64,000 nucleotides of DNA from Thermomicrobiaceae bacterium (GTDB taxonomy: Bacteria > Chloroflexota > Chloroflexia > Thermomicrobiales > Thermomicrobiaceae), in contig DASSHC010000467.1 of assembly GCA_035693105.1 (NCBI GenBank), positions 4,157-68,156 on the forward strand. The letters run 5' to 3'. The notes under the pieces are model-generated. The model worked only from the letters and a program-made list of their open reading frames with translations. It searched no databases and was not told the DNA's origin. A program made the position numbers and the translations under genes. Position 1 is the stretch's first letter; each line of letters opens with the position of its first letter. Positions 39,787-48,081 of the stretch are shown piece by piece.

Positions 39787-39826
39787 CCGCGGTTTCCTCC
39801 TCCACTCCCACGCCTACGCCCACGCT

Positions 39827-40555
39827 TCAGTCCGCGCCGCGGCCGGCAACAACCGCCGGTAATGTCTTCAGCAGAATCCTGAGATCGAGCAACAGCGACC
39901 GGCTACGCACATACCGGATGTCCATCTCGACCATCTCCTCAAAGGTGACCCGGCTGCGTCCATCGACCTGCCAGAGGCCGGTGATGCCCGGCAGCGCCGC
40001 CAGCCGCTCCAGGTGCCGGGGCTGGTAATCCGCGACCTCGTAGAGCGGCACCGGACGCGGGCCGACCAGGCTCATCTCGCCGCGCAGCACGTTGATGAGC
40101 TGCGGCAGCTCGTCCAGGCTCGTCTTGCGCAGAACGCGCCCAACGCGAGTTACCCGCGGGTCGTGGTGCAGCTTGAATGCAGCGTCTTCGTCTGTTTGCG
40201 CCGCGATCTCGCCGGCCACGAAGGCCCGAATATGCTCCTCGTGCACGCGCTGGTCAGCGTTCTGCACCATCGAGCGGAACTTGAAGATGCGGAAGACCCG
40301 CGTCTCCCACTGTGCCGGGTCGCCCGCAAGCCGGCGCGTACCCACGCGCTCCTGCCGAAAGATGACCGGGCCTCGCGAGTCGAGCTTGATCAGGAGCGCG
40401 ATCAAGAGTAGGGCGGGAGCGCAGGCAACCAGGAGGGCGCCCGCCACCACCACGTCGAAGAGGCGCTTGACCGCGAAGTAATTTGCATCGTCCGGAGCGC
40501 ACGTTTCCACCGCGCGGTCGTGGAATCCGGCTTCCCGCTGCCGCAGCATCGTCAT
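39827..40555 (-). CDS. Bacterial sugar transferase (small polyprenyl-phosphate glycosyl-phosphotransferase, PglC/WbaP C-terminal type)
   Basis: KRLFDVVVAG (re-entrant helix), PVIFRQERVG, FKFRSM, DELPQLINVLRGEMSLVGPRP. The start is ambiguous (40549/40555/40576). Confidence 0.85.
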   Translation of the reverse strand: MTMLRQREAGFHDRAVETCAPDDANYFAVKRLFDVVVAGALLVACAPALLLIALLIKLDSRGPVIFRQERVGTRRLAGDPAQWETRVFRIFKFRSMVQNADQRVHEEHIRAFVAGEIAAQTDEDAAFKLHHDPRVTRVGRVLRKTSLDELPQLINVLRGEMSLVGPRPVPLYEVADYQPRHLERLAALPGITGLWQVDGRSRVTFEEMVEMDIRYVRSRSLLLDLRILLKTLPAVVAGRGAD

Positions 40556-40585
40556 ACCTCCCTGTCCCTCGTGCACCAGTCGGCA

Positions 40586-42238
40586 CTAGCCGTTGACCAC
40601 CGACTCGCGGTCGTCACGCTCGACCCGTCGCAGCATCGGCCGCTCGCCGCCGGCAACCGGCAACGGGCTCAGCGGCACGCTCCAGCTCGAGCGGTCCTCT
40701 TCCGTGCGGACTCGAGCGCCAGTCTCGGCGCTCTGCTGCTGACCGTAGCGGTACGGCGCGCTCGTCTCTCCGCGCGTCACCACCACACCCAGCGGCGCCA
40801 TCTGCACGTTGTCCAGCTCTCCCAGGGCCGCCAGCACGCTCTCGCGCCGCGCCTGCCCGCGCGCCACCACCAGCAGCACCCCGCCTACGATCAGTGAGAG
40901 GAGGGCGGCGTCGGTGACGGTCTCCAGCGACGGGGTGTCGATCAGCACCAGGTCGAACTGCCCCGCGAGCTCCCGCAGCACGTCTTCCATCTGCCGCAGC
41001 CCCAATAGCTCGGCCGGGTTGTTCGACGCGGGCCCGCTGGCCAGTACCTGGATGCCAGGGACCATGCTGAACTGGATCGCGTCGTCGAGTGTCGCCTCGC
41101 GCATCAGCACGCTGGAGAGGCCAACCACGTTCGAGACCTTGAACATCTGATGCAGCGTCGGCTTGCGCAGGTCGGCGTCGACCACGACCACCCGCCGGCC
41201 GGACTGGGCCAGCGCCATGGCTAGATTCGCCACCGTCGTCGACTTACCCTCGCCCGGTTGCGAGCTCGTCACCAGCACGCTTCCCAGCGGCGCGTCCGTC
41301 TCACGCGCGAGCAGGTTGGTCCGCAGCCGGCGGAAGGCTTCTTCCTGCGGCGAGCGGATCGGGTAGAGCGCCCCGTGGGTGTCGGCGGCTTGCGGGATTT
41401 TGCCCAGCACCGGCACGCCGGCCAGCGTCTCGATCTCACGCGTCGAATGGAGCCGGGTGTCGAAGTTCTCCAGCAGGAAAGTCAGCGCCATCCCGCCGAG
41501 CAGGCCCAGCAATGCGCCCAGCGGCAACACCAGCAGCTTGCTCGGCCGCGAGGGTGCCGTCGGGACCATAGCCGCCTGGATCACGGTCAGTCGATTCGAG
41601 TGCAGCGCCTCGGCGTTCTGCGCGCTCTGGTACTGCGACAGAAGCGCGGTGTACGTCTGGGTCTTGAGCTGAATTGAGTCCTGCAGGGCCTGCATACTGG
41701 CAGTGTCGGAGGGCGAGTTCTTGACCAGTTGGTCGAGCTGAGCCCGCGCCTGATCTAGTTCCTGCTGCACCAGGTCGATCTGCGGTTTCAGGATCTGCGT
41801 TGACGATTGACCGCTGCTGGCCCACTGTGCGTCGAGCTGCTGCACGATCAGGTTCGAGACCGCGTTGGCAACCTGCTGCGCCCGCAGCGGCACCGCATCA
41901 GTCGCCTGGATCTCCATCAGCTCGGTATTCGCGGGGATGCTGACGGCGATCGTCGGCCGCTTCTGCAGACCCAACTGCTGCATGACCTGCGTCGCCATGC
42001 GGTCGCTCGTAACCATCGTCTTATAGGTGTTCATCAAGCGATCGGTGTACTGCAGGTCGTAGGTGGGCCAGTCGGGCGAGCCGGTGCTGGCCGTGCCGAC
42101 CCGCAGCGTGGTCGAGGCCACGTATTCCGGCGGCAGCGACATCAGCCCAACCGCCGCGGCGATGACCGCGACGATCGTCGTGATCGCGACCACCAACCGC
42201 CGTCGCCAGATCACCGCGAGAAACGTCCTCAGATCCAT
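40586..42238 (-). CDS. Polysaccharide co-polymerase (Wzz-like) fused to BY-type tyrosine autokinase
   Basis: N-terminal TM, a coiled periplasmic-type region, a second TM, then Walker A SSQPGEGKST, VVVVDADLRKP and LIDTP. Confidence 0.85.
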   Translation of the reverse strand: MDLRTFLAVIWRRRLVVAITTIVAVIAAAVGLMSLPPEYVASTTLRVGTASTGSPDWPTYDLQYTDRLMNTYKTMVTSDRMATQVMQQLGLQKRPTIAVSIPANTELMEIQATDAVPLRAQQVANAVSNLIVQQLDAQWASSGQSSTQILKPQIDLVQQELDQARAQLDQLVKNSPSDTASMQALQDSIQLKTQTYTALLSQYQSAQNAEALHSNRLTVIQAAMVPTAPSRPSKLLVLPLGALLGLLGGMALTFLLENFDTRLHSTREIETLAGVPVLGKIPQAADTHGALYPIRSPQEEAFRRLRTNLLARETDAPLGSVLVTSSQPGEGKSTTVANLAMALAQSGRRVVVVDADLRKPTLHQMFKVSNVVGLSSVLMREATLDDAIQFSMVPGIQVLASGPASNNPAELLGLRQMEDVLRELAGQFDLVLIDTPSLETVTDAALLSLIVGGVLLVVARGQARRESVLAALGELDNVQMAPLGVVVTRGETSAPYRYGQQQSAETGARVRTEEDRSSWSVPLSPLPVAGGERPMLRRVERDDRESVVNG

Positions 42239-42511
42239 TGAGCCCCCACTTGCTGCACGATGTTCGACATCGCAGCCAACACGATGCTCAAATCGACGGT
42301 CGCATCACCCAAATGTCCTAGCTCGAATGTACTAGTCGCCCTCCTAGCGCAACAATGGCCGACGGTCTATCGATCCGTAGCCATTAGTACCGTCCCCACC
42401 TTCAGGCCCTGGCGCCTGAAGGCTGCGGGGCCGAAATTGGGCGACAGCAAAGAGGGGAGCACCACGGCGGCAACGCGTCCAATCGAGAGCGTTGCGTGGT
42501 TCGGGCGGCTT

Positions 42512-42626
42512 GGATCCATCGACTGCACTCAGGAAGACAGGGTAAGTGGGTGGCGTACGACGACGATCATCGTCATCCGGAAGGCCGCATCCTTCGCCCT
42601 GTCTTCCTGAGCTTGTCGCTGTATCC
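42512..42626. repeat. Inverted pair of REP/MITE-like units (same family as 12430-12701)
   Basis: ctcaggaagacaggg (42528-42542) is the exact reverse complement of ccctgtcttcctgag (42597-42611). The flanks (ggatccatcgactgca...) resemble the ...cgaaggatc arm of the family. Confidence 0.6.
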
Positions 42627-42801
42627 AGCGTGGAGCGGCCATCATCGTCTTCGCCAGCCGACAATCGCCCCTGGCCCTCGCGCGCCGGCCACGTCCATCA
42701 ACAATCGACCGGCGCACCCATCTCCGAATCCCCCACCTATGTCTCAGACTCGACGCTTGGTACCGTTGCTGGCGGCTGCTAGGCTGATGCTGTGATCCGA
42801 A

Positions 42802-44898
42802 GTGCCTACGCTCAACGCGTCGCTCGCCGCGAGAGGATGGACAGTCATTTCGCGCGATCCGAATGCCAAATCAAACATCCGGCTGGACCGGCTGGGAGCG
42901 CGTCGCGGGGGGAGCTCCAGCGCCGATTCCAGCGCCGGTAATGTCGCCGGCGTTCACGCCCCATCCGGCAGCGCCGCGGCGGCTGACCCTGCCGTCACCC
43001 ACTCGGTCACTCGCGCTGGAGCCGACACAGAGAACGTCGCTGACCATCCGCCGGTGGCTCGCCGCCGCTTGCGCGTTCGGTGGTGGCTCGTCCCCGTGTT
43101 AGTGGTCCTCGTCGTGTTGCTGGCCGCCGGTGTCTTTGCCGCCCGCCGCGCGCTGGCGGCTCGCGACGGCTACCAGGCCGTGCGGGTCGACGTCCACGCG
43201 CTGCAAGCCGACCGCCAGGTCAAGCTCGATCCAGCAACGCTGTCGCCGGACGATTTGGCACGTATCCAGGCACACATCGCCACGCTCAACGGCGATCTGC
43301 GCACGCTGGACCGAGCCACCGCGCTGCCAGATCCGGCGCGCTCGCTCGTCTCGCGGCTGCCCTGGATCGGCGAGCGCTACGACGCCGGCCGGCAGACGCT
43401 GGCATTCGGCCTTCAACTCGGCGAGGCTGGACAGACGCTCAGCGGTGTGGCGCATGAGGCGTTGACGGCCTACCAACAGACGGGCTTGAGCGCCGACCAG
43501 GCGCCCGCCACACCGACCTGGCTCGATGTGCTCAACGCGCATCAGGCGCAGCTCACGGAGGCGTTGGCGCAGATTGACCAGGCGCGAGGGCTGCGCGCGG
43601 GCATCGACACTACTCTGTTACCCGCCTCCATACGCACGCAATTCGAGACTGTCGATCAATTGCTGGCGCGACGTGAGCTGGAGCCGCTAGTGCAGACCGA
43701 TCTCCCCGCCGTCAACGCCGCACTCGGCGGCCAAGGGCCCACCCGCTATCTGATCCTGATTCAGAACTCGGAAGAGATGCGCCCAAGCGGCGGGTTCCCC
43801 GGCACCGTGGCCATCGTCACCTTCGACCACGGCCAGCTTCGCGGCTACGAGTTCCACGATATCTACGATCTGAACGGCGCCTACGTGGCCAGCCAGCACA
43901 CGCCGATCCCGCAGCCCTGGCCGCTGTCACAGTACGCCCCCTCCGGCGAGCTCTCGATGCTCGACGCCACCTGGTGGCCGGATTTCCCGACCAGCGCGGC
44001 GACCGTGATGCGCATGTATGCGAGTAGCGGCTGGCCGTCCATCTCGGGCGTGATCGCCATCGACCCCGCGCTCGTCAGCGACCTGCTGCGCCTCACGGGC
44101 CCGGTCACGGTCGACGTCGATGGCGAGTCGCGCGTGGTCAGCGCGGATAACCTGCTGCAAGAGATCGAGCGCCAGCGCAAGCTCTTCATCTCGGGCCAGA
44201 AGCCGGATTCAAAGCATAAGGAGATGGTCGCGGCGGTCGGCGAGCAAATCATCGCGCGCCTGCGCGGCGCCGACCCGTCAACGCTGCGTCAGGCCGTCCA
44301 CATTCTCAGTACCGCAGCCACGAGGCGCGACATCCAGGCGTACTCCGCCGACCCCTCGGTCGAGTCGCTCCTCGACCAGCGCGCCTGGACCGGTAAGCTG
44401 GTGCCCGATTCGGCCGACGCGACGATCGCCGTCGCCTACGGCAACATGGCCTTCGGCAAGTCGAGCCGCTTGCTCCAGACCACCGAATCGCTGGCGGTTG
44501 AGCCCGCGTCGAATGGCACGCAGCGCGTCACGCTACGTCTCGACCTGCACCACTCCGGCCCTCCCGGGAATTCCGATCCTTTCTATAGTGGCGTGCAGCT
44601 CTGGTGGATCGGGCTCTACCTGCCCGAGGGGAGCAAGATCCTGAGTGCAAGTCAAGCTGCCGCCCCCGACCCCAGCCCGCCGAACGGCGGTAGCTATCTG
44701 GTCGAATTGCAGCCTGCCGCCAGCCGGCAACTGACCGTCACCTTCGAGATGCCGGCTGCCACGCACCTGCTGTTGCGCCGCCAAGCGGGCCTGACGCCGG
44801 TCAACCTGAGTGTCTCGACCCCGAAATGCACCGCCCCGGCTCACCGCTTGCTTGACCGCGATCAACAGTTTGACCTGGCGGCGGGCTGCGCGTCGTAG
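42802..44898 (+). CDS. DUF4012 domain membrane-anchored protein
   Basis: TM at WWLVPVLVVLVVLLAAGVF. YLILIQNSEEMRPSGGFPGTVAIV matches the DUF4012 core (L..QN..E.R..GG..G). GTG start, uncertain. Confidence 0.75.
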   Translation: MPTLNASLAARGWTVISRDPNAKSNIRLDRLGARRGGSSSADSSAGNVAGVHAPSGSAAAADPAVTHSVTRAGADTENVADHPPVARRRLRVRWWLVPVLVVLVVLLAAGVFAARRALAARDGYQAVRVDVHALQADRQVKLDPATLSPDDLARIQAHIATLNGDLRTLDRATALPDPARSLVSRLPWIGERYDAGRQTLAFGLQLGEAGQTLSGVAHEALTAYQQTGLSADQAPATPTWLDVLNAHQAQLTEALAQIDQARGLRAGIDTTLLPASIRTQFETVDQLLARRELEPLVQTDLPAVNAALGGQGPTRYLILIQNSEEMRPSGGFPGTVAIVTFDHGQLRGYEFHDIYDLNGAYVASQHTPIPQPWPLSQYAPSGELSMLDATWWPDFPTSAATVMRMYASSGWPSISGVIAIDPALVSDLLRLTGPVTVDVDGESRVVSADNLLQEIERQRKLFISGQKPDSKHKEMVAAVGEQIIARLRGADPSTLRQAVHILSTAATRRDIQAYSADPSVESLLDQRAWTGKLVPDSADATIAVAYGNMAFGKSSRLLQTTESLAVEPASNGTQRVTLRLDLHHSGPPGNSDPFYSGVQLWWIGLYLPEGSKILSASQAAAPDPSPPNGGSYLVELQPAASRQLTVTFEMPAATHLLLRRQAGLTPVNLSVSTPKCTAPAHRLLDRDQQFDLAAGCAS

Positions 44899-44954
44899 CG
44901 CGCGAGGCGAGACGCTTGCGCTTCCTGCCGGTGCATTGATGAACTGCCCGCGGC

Positions 44955-44960
44955 TATAAT
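44955..44960 (+). promoter_or_regulatory. Candidate -10 box upstream of pspA
   Basis: Perfect TATAAT 39 nt before the pspA ATG. At 17-nt spacing there is only a weak -35 (TGCATT). Confidence 0.25.
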
Positions 44961-44998
44961 GTGTCTGCAGGCTCGCTGCGCAGTAGATAGGACGGGCG

Positions 44999-45748
44999 AT
45001 GGGGCTGCTCGGACGGATGAATACACTGATCAAAGTCAAGATCAACAAGTTGCTGGGGGCTGCCGAAGATCCGCGTGAGGTCCTGGACTACTCCTACGAG
45101 CGCCAGCTCAAGATGCTCCAGGACGTGCGACGCGGCATTGTCGAGGTCACCACCTCTCGCCGCCGGCTGGAGCTGCAGAAGGCCAAGCTGCAGGAGGGCT
45201 CCGACAAGCTGCAGGGCCAGGCGCGGCAGGCGGTCGGCGCGGGACGCGACGATCTGGCGCGCATGGCGCTGGAGCGGAGCAACGTGCTCCAGGGCCAGAT
45301 GGGCGATCTCGACACCCAGATTCAAACGCTCGACGGTGAGCAGGCCAAGCTGGAGCAGGCCGAGACCCGGCTGCGCACCAAGATCGAGTCGTTCCGCACC
45401 CGCAAGGAGGTCGTCAAGGCGCAGTACTCGGCGGCCGAGGCGCAGGTGCGCATCGGCGAGGCGGTCACCGGGCTTTCCGAGGAAATGGCCGACGTCGGCA
45501 TGGCGCTCGACCGGGCCGAGGAGAAGACGACCGCGCTCCAGGCGCGTGCCGGTGCTATCGACGAATTGATCGACTCGGGCGCGCTGGAGGACTTCACCTC
45601 GACGAGCACCAGCGGTAGCGACGTGCTCGACCGCGAGTTGCAGCGTGTGACAGTCAAGGACAGCGTCGACACCCAGCTGGCCGCGCTCAAGAAAGAGCTG
45701 GGCGCCGGTGATCAGGCCAAGCAGTTGGGGGAGGGTCAGCCGTCATGA
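44999..45748 (+). CDS. pspA: PspA/IM30/Vipp1 family protein
   Basis: MGLLGRMNTLIKVKINKLLGAAEDPREVLDYSYERQLKMLQDVR and a long coiled-coil, typical of PspA. Confidence 0.9.
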   Translation: MGLLGRMNTLIKVKINKLLGAAEDPREVLDYSYERQLKMLQDVRRGIVEVTTSRRRLELQKAKLQEGSDKLQGQARQAVGAGRDDLARMALERSNVLQGQMGDLDTQIQTLDGEQAKLEQAETRLRTKIESFRTRKEVVKAQYSAAEAQVRIGEAVTGLSEEMADVGMALDRAEEKTTALQARAGAIDELIDSGALEDFTSTSTSGSDVLDRELQRVTVKDSVDTQLAALKKELGAGDQAKQLGEGQPS

Positions 45749-46023
45749 TCGTCCGGATCGCGACCGAGGGCCAGTACAACCTCGATAGCTCGTATCTGGA
45801 TCAGCTCAACGCGATCGATAACGACCTCGTGCACGCCATCGCGGCGGGCGACCGGCAGCGCTTCCAAATGCTCTTCAAGCAACTGCTGGAGTTGGTGCGC
45901 CAGCACGGCCAGCCGGTTGATGTCGATGAACTGGTGGAGTCGCAGGTCGTCCTGCCGCCGCCCGACACGAGCTTCGATGAGGCCGAGGAACTCTTCGTCG
46001 GTGAGGGGCTATTCACCGGCTAG
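45745..46023 (+). CDS. PspA-associated small protein (PspAA-like)
   Basis: 92-aa helical acidic protein. Its start overlaps the pspA stop (ATGA). Size, position and sequence style match my recollection of the PspAA family; this is unverified. Confidence 0.55.
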   Translation: MIVRIATEGQYNLDSSYLDQLNAIDNDLVHAIAAGDRQRFQMLFKQLLELVRQHGQPVDVDELVESQVVLPPPDTSFDEAEELFVGEGLFTG

Positions 46024-46044
46024 CATCCGCCACGTACGACGATT

Positions 46045-46620
46045 CTAGAACGGGATATCCCAGATCGGGTACCAGCGTTCCAGCTCGGTCTCGACTGGGA
46101 GTTCCTTTTCCATCGCGCTGGAGAGACGCAGCTCGAACGCGTTGTCGCGCTTCCGCCCGGTGCCTTCAGGCACGAAGGGGTAAAACATGCCGCGCTTGTA
46201 GTTGTAGATCCAGTAGACCGGCCTACCCTCGGCCGTGCTGAAGCGGAAAACCGCGGCCAGCAACTGCTCTCCGAACTGCTGCTCGATCAACGTCTCGCTG
46301 ATAATGTGGATTGTCGCCACCAGGTCCTCGAACTGCGCGTCGGCCAGCACGATCCAGCGATACCCATACTCGTCGGTGAGTGTCTTGACCTCGGTGCCGG
46401 TGTCCTTGGCGCTGATCTGCAACAACTGCTGGAGGTCGGTACTCATCTGCTCGAAGTAGGCCGACTCGACGGGGCGGAAGGTGATGCCGGCGTGGTCGCC
46501 TGGAGCCAGCCGAAGCTGGCTTTCCAGGGCGACCTCGGCCGTGGACATCGCGAACAGGCGCTCGATCTTCGGCGGTTCCGGGCGCGTACGTCCCAGCAGC
46601 GCGTCGAAGAACGATCTCAC
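46045..46620 (-). CDS. Conserved hypothetical protein, PspAB-like (tentative), co-transcribed after htpX
   Basis: 191 aa. Its start overlaps the htpX stop by 4 nt. I recall a PspA-associated PspAB family that sits next to htpX; the assignment comes from context and memory only. Confidence 0.4.
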   Translation of the reverse strand: MRSFFDALLGRTRPEPPKIERLFAMSTAEVALESQLRLAPGDHAGITFRPVESAYFEQMSTDLQQLLQISAKDTGTEVKTLTDEYGYRWIVLADAQFEDLVATIHIISETLIEQQFGEQLLAAVFRFSTAEGRPVYWIYNYKRGMFYPFVPEGTGRKRDNAFELRLSSAMEKELPVETELERWYPIWDIPF

Positions 46621-47531
46621 AGCCCCTCCATCTCGCGCGACAGCGTCCGCAACCGCGCCAGGCGATTCTCCAGCGAGGGGTGTGTCGAGAATAGCTCAGA
46701 CATCGCGTCGCCCTTGAGCGCCGGGATGATGAAGAAGGCGTTCATCGTCTGCACCTCGCGCAGATCGCGCTCGGGGATGCGCTGCATCACCCCGCTGATC
46801 TTGACCAGCGCCGACATCAGGTTCGTAGGCGCCCCGGTCAAGATTGCCGAGCCGCGGTCCGCCGCGTATTCACGGTAACGCGAGATGGCGCGGATCAGGA
46901 AAAAGCTGATGACCCAGACCAGAATCGACGCGAGGTAAACCAGCGCGATCGAGCCGCCATTATCCCGGTCGCGCCGGCCGTAGCCGCCGAAGCCGCCCCA
47001 CATGAAGGACCGCGTCAGCAACTGCGCCACCACCGCGAAGAAGTTGGCCAACGTCATGACCATCACGTCGCGGTTGCGCACGTGCGACAGCTCGTGCGCC
47101 AGCACCGCCTCAATCTCGGGCGTGTCCAACCGCTGCATCAGTCCGGTGGTAACCGCCACCACCGCGTTCTTCGGATTGCGGCCGGTGGCGAAGGCGTTGG
47201 GCACGTCGGTGTTCGAAATCGCGACGCGCGGCTTGGGAATATTGGCGACCTGCGATAGGCGCTCGATGATCGCGTGCAGTTCCGGTGCTTGTTCCGCACT
47301 GACCTCGTGCGCGCCCATGCTGCGCAGGGCCAGCCAGGACGAGCCGTAGTACTGCACGACAGCCAGAATGCCGGCGATGACCAGAATGGGGATCCAGTCG
47401 AAGCCGACATAGACCAGCACCGCCATGAACGCCAGGTAGACGAGCGACAGGAGGGCCATGACGATGAACATGCGAAAGGCCAGCCCTCGATCGCGTCCCC
47501 AGCGAGCCATTCGACCTACGGGAGCTACCAT
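46617..47531 (-). CDS. htpX: Zinc metalloprotease HtpX (M48 family)
   Basis: HELSHVRNRD (HExxH), four TM segments, and C-terminal STHPSLENR. Confidence 0.9.
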   Translation of the reverse strand: MVAPVGRMARWGRDRGLAFRMFIVMALLSLVYLAFMAVLVYVGFDWIPILVIAGILAVVQYYGSSWLALRSMGAHEVSAEQAPELHAIIERLSQVANIPKPRVAISNTDVPNAFATGRNPKNAVVAVTTGLMQRLDTPEIEAVLAHELSHVRNRDVMVMTLANFFAVVAQLLTRSFMWGGFGGYGRRDRDNGGSIALVYLASILVWVISFFLIRAISRYREYAADRGSAILTGAPTNLMSALVKISGVMQRIPERDLREVQTMNAFFIIPALKGDAMSELFSTHPSLENRLARLRTLSREMEGL

Positions 47532-47658
47532 TGCCGTGTCTCATTCCATAAAACGCGAACCCGCAGGTGCATTATACGCCCGCGATCAGGGGCGCCGCCC
47601 GCCCGATCGGCTAGGCCATCCCCTGGCCGACGGTACCGCGCTGATTGGGAAGACTGGC

Positions 47659-48006
47659 TCACGAGCCGAGTCGCAAAGGCAGGCCCGCTTCCGCCCAGGC
47701 AATAATACCGCCCGCGACATTGACCGCGTCATTCCGCCCGGCCTGGCGCAGGTAGGCGGTCGCGAACGAGCTGCGATTGCCGGAGCGGCAGAACAGAAGA
47801 AGCTCTCGGTCTTGCGGCAACTCGCCGGCGCGCTGCGCGAGCTGCCCTAACGGAATATGCAGCGCCCCCGGCACGGAAGCCTCCTCCAGCTCCTCCGGCT
47901 CGCGCACGTCGACGATCACTGCCTGGCCGCTGCGCGCGCGCTGCTCCGCCTCTTGCACCGAGATCTCGGGAACCTCGGGACGCTCTCCCTGCGCCTGAAT
48001 CATCAC
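47659..48006 (-). CDS. Rhodanese-like domain protein
   Basis: IVDVREPEE ... active-site loop LFCRSGNRS. Confidence 0.8.
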   Translation of the reverse strand: MMIQAQGERPEVPEISVQEAEQRARSGQAVIVDVREPEELEEASVPGALHIPLGQLAQRAGELPQDRELLLFCRSGNRSSFATAYLRQAGRNDAVNVAGGIIAWAEAGLPLRLGS

Positions 48007-48081
48007 TTCTCACTCTCGCTCTCGCTCGTACACACGCATCTCGTAGCTCGGTCTCCGCTGGCAACGCGGCGGCAGTCAGGG

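Noticed and set aside
42260-42610. 116-aa + strand ORF in the EPS/DUF4012 divergent region
   Set aside because: It runs through several inverted repeats and a repeat-family unit. It has no RBS, atypical composition and no recognisable motif.
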